Of a DNA stretch of 24,659 bases, positions 18,173-24,659 are shown one piece after another (position 1 is the stretch's first letter; each line of letters starts with the position of its first letter). Made by a program: the position numbers and the translations under genes. The DNA lies in the IMG/VR virus record IMGVR_UViG_3300032087_006588, positions 1 to 24,659 of that record; one strand, given 5' to 3'. The notes below the pieces were generated by a model that had not been told where the DNA came from, searched no databases, and saw only the letters and a program-made list of their open reading frames with translations. The DNA comes from a virus (Duplodnaviria > Caudoviricetes).

Positions 18173-19338
18173 TTACCTCCAAAGAACTTCTTGAAAGCGG
18201 GCCACACTTCTTTCTTGTTGTTCATGCGTGACATTTTTAGTTTCTTATCCGCATGCGGCTTATAAACGTTTGAAAGTTTACTCATGTCCCAAGAAGAAGC
18301 GCTCTCTTTATACTCAACCTCAGGACCGATTTCGCAGTAACCGAACATCTGTGAAACGTTCTTAAGTTTCTCTACAAGACCAAGTGTTTTCTCAGTATCG
18401 TCCGGCCAGTTATCTCCATCAGAACATTGAAAAACGTAGATGTTCCAAGAGTTAGGATGAAAACGTTTTCTGACGATCTCATCAACCAGACCCAGACCAG
18501 AAGAAACCATTGTACCGCCAGAATTTCCGCGGGTAAAGAACTGATCTTCATTCACCTCGTATCCTGAGGTATCGTGGGAAACAAATACGATTTCAGTGTG
18601 GTTATACTTGGATCTGACGAAATGGTAGAGAAGAAAGAAGAAACTACGTGCGAGAAACTTCTTATTCCTGGTCATCGATCCTGAGATATCCATCACAAAA
18701 AAGATTACTGCGTTCGAACATTCCTTGATCGATCGCTTGTAGTGGTTGTAAACCAGATCTTGATCGTGGAAAGAAAACTTCTCTTCTTCATCGAAATTCT
18801 CTCTTCGGCTAGCTGCCTTTTTTCTCTTGATCCGTTGAATCGCAGTTTTCTTCTTGTTCAGCCGCGGCAAGATACCTTGTGGACGATATCCCTTCTTCTT
18901 GATCTTCTCGGACATGACCTTCTTTAGAGATTTTCTCTCAAGGTCGGGAAGTTCTAGATCTGCGAACAGGTGATCTGCGAGTTCCTCAAGGGTGATTTCA
19001 ACATCATAGTATTCCTCACCCGCTTCTTGACCCGGCTTGTTACCGGGTTGTTTTTGTTTCTGTTGACCTTCGCCGATCTTTTGTCCTCGGCGTACTTCTT
19101 TACCGGGTGCAGAACCAACGCGCTTGTTGTTCTCGTTGTTACCGTAAACGAATCTGTATTCTTTGATTCCACGGACAGGAATCTTGATTTTTTTCTTTCC
19201 ATCCTGTCCAATGATTGATTCATCCGCAACGATGTTATGAATTCCTTCTTTGATCGCCCGGTCGATTTTCTGCTTGTGTCTTCTCCGGTCCGAAGCGGAT
19301 CGATCAGCAACAGTTTTATGTTCCCTAAAGATTGACAT
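18169..19338 (-). CDS. yeaH: YeaH/YhbH (DUF444) family vWA-domain protein
   Basis: DRRRH, IKIPVRGIKEYRFVYG, LFADLELPDL, MIDAS-type MDISGSM, SGGTMVSS, WNIYVFQCSDGDNW, FGYCEI. Confidence 0.93.
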   Translation of the reverse strand: MSIFREHKTVADRSASDRRRHKQKIDRAIKEGIHNIVADESIIGQDGKKKIKIPVRGIKEYRFVYGNNENNKRVGSAPGKEVRRGQKIGEGQQKQKQPGNKPGQEAGEEYYDVEITLEELADHLFADLELPDLERKSLKKVMSEKIKKKGYRPQGILPRLNKKKTAIQRIKRKKAASRRENFDEEEKFSFHDQDLVYNHYKRSIKECSNAVIFFVMDISGSMTRNKKFLARSFFFLLYHFVRSKYNHTEIVFVSHDTSGYEVNEDQFFTRGNSGGTMVSSGLGLVDEIVRKRFHPNSWNIYVFQCSDGDNWPDDTEKTLGLVEKLKNVSQMFGYCEIGPEVEYKESASSWDMSKLSNVYKPHADKKLKMSRMNNKKEVWPAFKKFFGGK

Positions 19339-19376
19339 TCTCGAACCTCACTTCAGTTCTACGTTTCCTCACAGTA

Positions 19377-19406
19377 ATTGTAGTACACGACTGGGGAACG
19401 TTTCAC
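19377..19406 (-). promoter_or_regulatory. Possible sigma70-type promoter upstream of yeaH
   Basis: Minus strand reads GTGAAA - 18 nt - TACAAT, then GAGG and ATG 19338. A similar GTAAAA - 19 nt - TATCAT arrangement lies at about 24624-24654. Confidence 0.35.
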
Positions 19407-19432
19407 TCTTATTTAAATAGGTTTATTCTACT

Positions 19433-21037
19433 CTATTTGATGCAGAGTTTAAAATCTGTTGGAAAAAGACCCGAATTGATGCGGTAGAATTTACTCCAGT
19501 CTGAATCTAAGATGTAGGTAACTGCAGTATCATCTTCTGAGCGAATAGATCTACCAATTGACTGGATGATGGTTTTGGTGGTCTGGAAAGGATACCACCA
19601 TTTCCATTTGTGCATGCGTTTCTTCACAAGTTTATCACCCAAGAAAGGATAGGGGATCTTGCAAAGAACTTGGAATCTTGACGCATCGCCTGCCAGATCC
19701 ACCCCTTCGGTCATTGATGGAGATACCAATACGGTTGCTTGTTTTGATCGCAGATGCTTCCGAAGTACTTCATCCCTGTTGTGGGATTCAGGGAAGAGTA
19801 AACGCTTAGATTTAACGTTTCTCTTAATGTAGTTGGATATCTTGTAAGAGTGAGTGTGAATGATTCCCTTCTCACCCTTATGTTGTTCGAGAATCTTTTT
19901 GACTGCCTCAACAACTGTGGGAAGTGTTTTGTCAATCTCAGCTGCGGTCATTCTACCCATTGGAACGTGAAGGATAGGGCGATTCTTGGTTGGGAAAGGG
20001 GATGGTAAGGACATCGAACCTGCGTTCTCGTTCTTTACACCTAAACTCTGCATGAATTTGCCGCCGTCCAAAAGTGTGGCGGACATGAAGAGAACCTTAT
20101 GACCCAAACGGAAAAGATACTGTTCAGCAAACTCAGAAACATCGATCGGTTTGAAAACAATCTTCTTCATTCCTTGAATTTGACTTTGTTCGATATCGAA
20201 GATCCAGTTCTCTTTTGTGTGTACTGACAAGAACTGCTTAATCTTCTTGTAATGACTTTCTGTCATTTGTAACTGCTTGGACAAGGAAACAAACTTATCC
20301 AGATTCGCCTTCACGCCCTGGAACTTATCCAGTGTGGTTTTCACATGCTTGCAGTAGGATTCCAGTTTCGGCCAATAAACATCCCGAATCCAAACGTACG
20401 CCTGATGGTGTGTTTTGATATCTGGAAAGGGTAACTTCAACATCGTTTTGCAGAACTTCTGAGAAACCGAAACCTCAATGAACTTCGATAGTTCTGTTTC
20501 TACGTTGTGTGCCTCATCGATGATCAACAATTGCCGCGGCTTAATACCACCGCTGTAGTTTGATTCTGTCATGAGATACGGAAAGTTTGTCACCGAAAGA
20601 GCGGAATCCAGGAAATCCCGTTTCGCATTCTTGTACGTGCAACTAAAGGTACAGGTTTTCCAATAACGATCTTCTTTGTCAACAGTTCGAAGTTCTGCCT
20701 GACCTACAGCACACGTGTTGTGTTTCTTGTATTTGCACTGATAGTTGGAAGAACTCTTGATAGATTTCATGTTAAATTTACGGAAATCTTTTTCGTACTG
20801 ATCTTGTAACAATTTTTGCGTGGTAACAAAAATCGCACCCGCTTCGTATCCCTCAGGCGGAATCTCTTCAAGTAACTTACGAGCCGCAGTGTAACCAATC
20901 GCGCTCTTTCCGACCCCTGTCCCTGCTTCTAGAGCATAGAAGCGCTTGTCTTTAAATGTTCTAAGGATATCGTCGATAGCAGTCTCCTGCTGATCTCTGG
21001 GTTCTTTATACGGAAAGTATTTCTTCCAATCAGACAT
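19433..21037 (-). CDS. DinG/XPD-family ATP-dependent DNA helicase (SF2) with likely Fe-S cluster
   Basis: Q motif FPYKEPRDQQ, Walker A AGTGVGKS, four Cys (YQC, NTC, KTCTFSC), IIDEAHN, MSAT, SMTEGVDL, KIPYP, QSIGRSIRS. GTG start with AAGGA upstream. Confidence 0.92.
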   Translation of the reverse strand: MSDWKKYFPYKEPRDQQETAIDDILRTFKDKRFYALEAGTGVGKSAIGYTAARKLLEEIPPEGYEAGAIFVTTQKLLQDQYEKDFRKFNMKSIKSSSNYQCKYKKHNTCAVGQAELRTVDKEDRYWKTCTFSCTYKNAKRDFLDSALSVTNFPYLMTESNYSGGIKPRQLLIIDEAHNVETELSKFIEVSVSQKFCKTMLKLPFPDIKTHHQAYVWIRDVYWPKLESYCKHVKTTLDKFQGVKANLDKFVSLSKQLQMTESHYKKIKQFLSVHTKENWIFDIEQSQIQGMKKIVFKPIDVSEFAEQYLFRLGHKVLFMSATLLDGGKFMQSLGVKNENAGSMSLPSPFPTKNRPILHVPMGRMTAAEIDKTLPTVVEAVKKILEQHKGEKGIIHTHSYKISNYIKRNVKSKRLLFPESHNRDEVLRKHLRSKQATVLVSPSMTEGVDLAGDASRFQVLCKIPYPFLGDKLVKKRMHKWKWWYPFQTTKTIIQSIGRSIRSEDDTAVTYILDSDWSKFYRINSGLFPTDFKLCIK

Positions 21038-21596
21038 TTTGATTTCCTTTATACCAGTGAGGAACGTTACCTAGTTTCCACTTAGCCATGTAGGCTTTGT
21101 ACTTGTTGTAGTAATTTCTGTAGGACTGAACGGGATCACCTGGAACTTTACATTCAACGGGCATACAAAGAGGATGTGTTCCTTTCATGCCGTAGTTCAT
21201 GTTGACTGGCATGTTTTGGATCAACCAATCATACACTTCTTCTGATTTGTGAATCTTTCCGTATCTTCGGGTATATTCATCTAGAAGCGCGCGCATCAAT
21301 TCACCGTGCCAGATGTAATTTCCCGTTACGTTTGCAGTCCATTCCGTGCAGGGATGCCGAACGTGTGACATACTCCAGGGAGGAATAAGTTTGGGATGGG
21401 TATTCTTAAGGATAAACTCCTTCGCATCCCGAACTCTTTTAAAATCTTTGAGGTTTTTTCGATGAGACCAGAGATTATGGAGCCAGTGTGCGGTACACAT
21501 CATCTGACCTGACTCCAATATCATCTTCACAACATGCTTATCACAATGAAACCGTGCTGCTTTTCTGGGATCTCTGTCTAAGACAAATATATTCAA
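21030..21596 (-). CDS. Pyrimidine-dimer DNA glycosylase (endonuclease V-like) family protein
   Basis: MNIFVLD..P..AA..HCDKHVVKMILES.QM.CTAH, HPCTEW, EYTRRYGKIH, DPVQSYRNYY, AKWK: the pattern of the widespread phage Pyr_excise-like family. Confidence 0.85.
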   Translation of the reverse strand: MNIFVLDRDPRKAARFHCDKHVVKMILESGQMMCTAHWLHNLWSHRKNLKDFKRVRDAKEFILKNTHPKLIPPWSMSHVRHPCTEWTANVTGNYIWHGELMRALLDEYTRRYGKIHKSEEVYDWLIQNMPVNMNYGMKGTHPLCMPVECKVPGDPVQSYRNYYNKYKAYMAKWKLGNVPHWYKGNQNV

Positions 21597-22024
21597 TGGT
21601 CCTTCTGTCGCTTAATCAATTCTGCCTGGTATACTCGCTCTCTAAGAGAGGACGTTGAGTACCCATGGTCACGAGAGTTAAACACAACATTGATAGGGAG
21701 GTCATGACCTGTAAAAGGTTTTCCTTGCCAGTCTGCCCCTACAATCCTTACGTCGATATCTGTGGTTTTTAACAGCTCATACAAGTCCTCCTCAGTATCG
21801 TAATAAACAACTTCGTCGATCCATCTAATCGACTTAACCATTATATCACGTTCTTCGTAATCTTGCACAGGTTTATTTTTATCTTTTCGGTCGATGCTAG
21901 GGTCTCTCTGTAAGCCCACAATAAGATAATCGCAATGATCTTTACACTCTTTGAGCATAAGTGCGTGACCTGCGTGAAGCAGGTCAAAAGCACCGCATGT
22001 AAACCCTTTTATTGGATTACTCAT
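21593..22024 (-). CDS. TagD-like cytidylyltransferase (HIGH superfamily)
   Basis: GAFDLLHAGH, CDYLIVGLQ, IVGADW, RDHGYSTSSLRERV. Start moved to ATG 22024, which forms an ATGA overlap with the clpP stop. Confidence 0.9.
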   Translation of the reverse strand: MSNPIKGFTCGAFDLLHAGHALMLKECKDHCDYLIVGLQRDPSIDRKDKNKPVQDYEERDIMVKSIRWIDEVVYYDTEEDLYELLKTTDIDVRIVGADWQGKPFTGHDLPINVVFNSRDHGYSTSSLRERVYQAELIKRQKDH

Positions 22025-22698
22025 AGAATCTTGTCCGCCAATCCTTTTTTGACACATGTCTCTGCATTCAACCAAAGTTCGTGCTGAAGTAGCTCTTCAA
22101 GTTCTTTCTTTTTGAACTTGGTGTTCTTGGTGTAGATCTCAATAATCCTATCGTAAAGTTCTTTTTGATTCTCTATTTCATCTCTAAAGTCGTCGAGTTT
22201 TCCATACCACTCTATTTGAGGCTGGTGAACAAGCATAAAACTGCTTTGACCCATGTGTCGATGACCTTTCTCTCCGCAGCAAGCGATGAGAGTCGCAGCT
22301 GAGGCTGCCGATCCATCGATGTACGTGTATATCGGAGTCTTGCAAGCCCTCATCGTGTCTACGATTGCAAGACCAGAAAACAAAGATCCACCCGGGCTGT
22401 GTATGTGTAGATGTATCGGAACAGGTGGACAATCAAGTCTATTTTGAAGATATTGCATCTCAACATCAAGTCTTCGAAGAAGGCGATTTAATTCAAGAGC
22501 CTCTCTATCTCCGATAGGACAGTAAAAATAAATCCTGTTTTCTTCTGTTTCGATACCTCTAGGTGTTCTGTCAGGAGACATATCCATCATCTCAGTCATC
22601 ATCTCCTCAGAGATCATTCCTTCCTGAACTCTGTGATCTATTTGCTCACCGTTCATTTTAATTTTCTTGAATCTTCCGGATATCATTTTTCTTTTCAT
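22021..22698 (-). CDS. clpP: ClpP-family (S14) peptidase
   Basis: IHLHIHSPGGSL, IDGSAASAATLI (catalytic Ser), MLVHQP (His), HELWLNAETCVKKGLAD (acid position appears to be Glu). ATGA overlap with the upstream gene. Confidence 0.88.
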   Translation of the reverse strand: MKRKMISGRFKKIKMNGEQIDHRVQEGMISEEMMTEMMDMSPDRTPRGIETEENRIYFYCPIGDREALELNRLLRRLDVEMQYLQNRLDCPPVPIHLHIHSPGGSLFSGLAIVDTMRACKTPIYTYIDGSAASAATLIACCGEKGHRHMGQSSFMLVHQPQIEWYGKLDDFRDEIENQKELYDRIIEIYTKNTKFKKKELEELLQHELWLNAETCVKKGLADKIL

Positions 22699-23150
22699 CC
22701 TATTTCCTTTTTAAACAAAGCTGTTTGAATCACAGCTTTTTTTATTTTAATTTCTTTCTTCTCGAGAAAGACATCTAGGTTGGTCATTAATATTTCTAGG
22801 TTGACTTCTATTTCTAGAAAGTCGTTGTTGTTGTCAAGCTCTCTTGAGCTAAAAGAACCTTCACTTAGCAAGAAATTGATCAAACCTTCTTTTCCTGTTT
22901 CTTTTTCTTTCTTATGTTGAAATATCTTGTCGATGCAAGGATTAAGCCCCGGGTGCTTGCAACTGAATAAGCATTGACTTAAAATCTCTGAAAAATCCGA
23001 AGTAGATTTCTTACATCTTCTGACACCTAGTTCTGTAAAAGTAGAATAAGAAATCTTAAGATCAATAGTGTCTATGGGGCTAAAAACTTTTTTATCCAAT
23101 AGCTTTTTAAGCTCTTTTTCAACATCTATAGATCGATCTGGGTTAGACAT
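22695..23150 (-). CDS. Hypothetical protein (151 aa)
   Basis: ATG with purine-rich upstream region; its stop overlaps the clpP start. No motif recognised. Confidence 0.7.
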   Translation of the reverse strand: MSNPDRSIDVEKELKKLLDKKVFSPIDTIDLKISYSTFTELGVRRCKKSTSDFSEILSQCLFSCKHPGLNPCIDKIFQHKKEKETGKEGLINFLLSEGSFSSRELDNNNDFLEIEVNLEILMTNLDVFLEKKEIKIKKAVIQTALFKKEIG

Positions 23151-23172
23151 GTTACTTCTCTCTTTCCATACG

Positions 23173-23178
23173 TATAAT
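23173..23178 (+). promoter_or_regulatory. Possible -10 element for the protease gene
   Basis: Perfect TATAAT in the divergent intergenic gap, followed by AAGAGG and ATG 23196; no good -35 at canonical spacing. Confidence 0.35.
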
Positions 23179-23195
23179 AAATGTAAGAGGTCATT

Positions 23196-24008
23196 ATGAA
23201 AAATACAATTAGATTTATAGCGAAGAATTTTCTTAGAAACTTAGGGATCGCTTCGGGAATCGTTCTCTTTTCTCTGAGCGGGTTCCTGAGCTGTGTATCT
23301 ATCCCGGGATCAGTAGTAAGAACAAAATATCCCAGGATTGATTCATCTCCTCCGGTGGATGCGTTTGGATTCGTGATGGTACAGGTGACTTATTCAGCAG
23401 ATAAGTGCTTACCCTCTCAAAATTTTGAAAGCTGTGAGCTAGTTATCGACAAGCTTCCTCCAATAACTCAGTCATCCATAGGAAGCGGACTGTTAGTAAA
23501 GGCAAAATCAAAGACAGTATTCCTCACCGCTGCCCACGTTTGTTCTCCTGAAGAGTCTGTCTCGTACGAAAGGGATGGAATAAAAATAAAAATGAAGTCT
23601 GAAGTTGTGATAAAAATAAGAACTGATAAGGGAGAGCTTATAGATTCGAAAATAGAAAAACAAGATCAGAATTCTGATCTTTGTGCTCTTTCGCTTTCTA
23701 AGATATACACAAAACCAGTTCAGTGGTCCAGGAGAGAACCGAGGATGGGAGAGAAGGTGTACGCTCTTTCTGCCCCGATGGGAATAAATCACCCTACTAT
23801 GACTCTGATTTTTTCGGGGCACTATAGTGGCCACATTTACAGTATGCACCATTACACGATCCCTACCCGCCCGGGATCAAGCGGTTCAGTGGTCTTAGAT
23901 AGAAATTTTCAAGGTGTCGGTATGCTTAACGCGGCTTATATAAACATGGAATCGATCGGCATCGGGGCAGGCTTCTATTCTATTAGAAGCTTTCTAGATT
24001 CTATTTAG
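23196..24008 (+). CDS. Trypsin-like (S1) serine protease, probably exported or a lipoprotein
   Basis: GSGLLV, LTAAHVC (His), DQNSDLCAL (Asp), RPGSSGS (Ser). Basic N-terminus plus a hydrophobic stretch ending FLSC (imperfect lipobox). No PDZ domain. Confidence 0.88.
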   Translation: MKNTIRFIAKNFLRNLGIASGIVLFSLSGFLSCVSIPGSVVRTKYPRIDSSPPVDAFGFVMVQVTYSADKCLPSQNFESCELVIDKLPPITQSSIGSGLLVKAKSKTVFLTAAHVCSPEESVSYERDGIKIKMKSEVVIKIRTDKGELIDSKIEKQDQNSDLCALSLSKIYTKPVQWSRREPRMGEKVYALSAPMGINHPTMTLIFSGHYSGHIYSMHHYTIPTRPGSSGSVVLDRNFQGVGMLNAAYINMESIGIGAGFYSIRSFLDSI

Positions 24009-24330
24009 ACTTCTTTTTAGGTTTCTCTACAACAACTCTCTTTTTTGCTATAAGACTCTTGATTCTTGAAGACGTCGGATTATCTTCAAAAGAGGAACAC
24101 AAACCCAGTTGAAAATTCCCTAGATTACTATCTATCAGGGTGGCACTCATCCCTTCAGATGACATTGCAAACCACCTTATCTCTCCGACAGAAATCTTGT
24201 TGTCACTTACTCTTCTATACACGACGATATCACTTACTTTGAATCCGTCGTGATTAGAGAATCTTACAACTTCATCAATGAATTTCTTTTCATCTGACTT
24301 TTTACTTGATTTTTTCTTTCGAGCCATCAT
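24001..24330 (-). CDS. Hypothetical basic protein (109 aa)
   Basis: Lys-rich termini; the core 'GFKVSDIVVY...VGEIRWF' suggests a small SH3/KOW-like barrel (weak). Confidence 0.65.
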   Translation of the reverse strand: MMARKKKSSKKSDEKKFIDEVVRFSNHDGFKVSDIVVYRRVSDNKISVGEIRWFAMSSEGMSATLIDSNLGNFQLGLCSSFEDNPTSSRIKSLIAKKRVVVEKPKKKSK

Positions 24331-24589
24331 TCATCCTGGATACGCGATGTTTGTCGACGAACATCCGGGCTGCGTGATTTGCCTCTTGGTGAGTTCCAAA
24401 TCGTTGGGTTGGAGCAATTTTCTTTCCAGAAAAATATACTGTTAAGAAAAAACCTCTTTCGGAAGATCCGTCTATTTGTATATCATAATCCTGGAAGTCT
24501 GCAAATGTATAAGGGTCGGAGTTGATTGTGTGAAAATTTCTTCCCACCTCTTCTCTTATGACTTTTCTAAGTAGCTCAAGATCTTTCAT
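24302..24589 (-). CDS. Hypothetical protein (95 aa) with N-terminal LRKVIREE motif
   Basis: ATG 5 nt downstream of a TACTTA hexamer; its 3' end overlaps the start of the next gene. Confidence 0.65.
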   Translation of the reverse strand: MKDLELLRKVIREEVGRNFHTINSDPYTFADFQDYDIQIDGSSERGFFLTVYFSGKKIAPTQRFGTHQEANHAARMFVDKHRVSRMNDGSKEKIK

Positions 24590-24659
24590 GATCTTAAGTA
24601 TTTAGTTGGAAGGTATGGAGTCTATGATAGAATCCCAACACGCAGTGGTTTTACATTCC

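Noticed and set aside
423-19380. Identical 10-mer ACAGTAATTG in two intergenic regions (423-432 and 19371-19380)
   Set aside because: There are only two copies of an AT-rich 10-mer, which is plausible by chance, and I noticed no third copy.
19361-19401. Imperfect inverted repeat (ACGTTTCC..CAGT / ACTGGGGAACGT) upstream of yeaH as a riboswitch or ncRNA
   Set aside because: The stem is short and bulged, it matches no family I recognise, and it overlaps a plausible promoter.
1-24659. Stop-codon recoding, inteins or introns
   Set aside because: Conserved proteins are full-length under the standard code, TAA, TAG and TGA all end genes at sensible points, and I saw no large insertions in the helicase, PhoH or PrkA.
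1-24659. Eukaryotic giant-virus origin or an ordinary bacterial chromosome
   Set aside because: Shine-Dalgarno sites, coupled overlaps and a sigma-like protein point to a bacterial host. The lack of housekeeping operon context and the fibre-like paralogues argue against a normal chromosome, though this is not formally excluded.

Overview
Gene-dense, AT-rich window of about 25 CDSs, all but two on the minus strand, with bacterial-type Shine-Dalgarno sites and ATGA/TAATG stop-start overlaps. The content fits best with a fragment of a large ('jumbo') tailed bacteriophage genome. This is an inference: no capsid, terminase or portal gene lies in the window. The left part (1-9639) encodes Gly/Ser/Thr-rich putative virion or fibre proteins that share a repeated 'D-x-x-FFVSG...FGG-x-V-x-x-SG' module; one is a 1832-aa protein with a ~590-aa tandem duplication. 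The middle (9669-14895) holds a PIN-PhoH protein, a stand-alone Cys-rich sigma70-region-4 protein, a tail-less FtsZ/tubulin-family GTPase next to an Hc1-type histone-like protein, a Zn-finger protein, a degenerate GroEL-like protein lacking the GDGTT motif, and a 55-aa hydrophobic ORF missed by the ORF track. At 14895-19338 is a complete but reordered YeaH/YhbH (vWA) - SpoVR - PrkA/YeaG (AAA+) trio. The right part encodes a DinG/XPD-type helicase, a pyrimidine-dimer glycosylase-family protein, a TagD-like cytidylyltransferase, a ClpP-like peptidase and a trypsin-like protease. A TAnTTA hexamer recurs upstream of nine minus-strand genes (candidate phage promoter). I recognised no tRNA, rRNA, CRISPR array or mobile element. 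All family calls come from motif recognition by eye; no searches were run.
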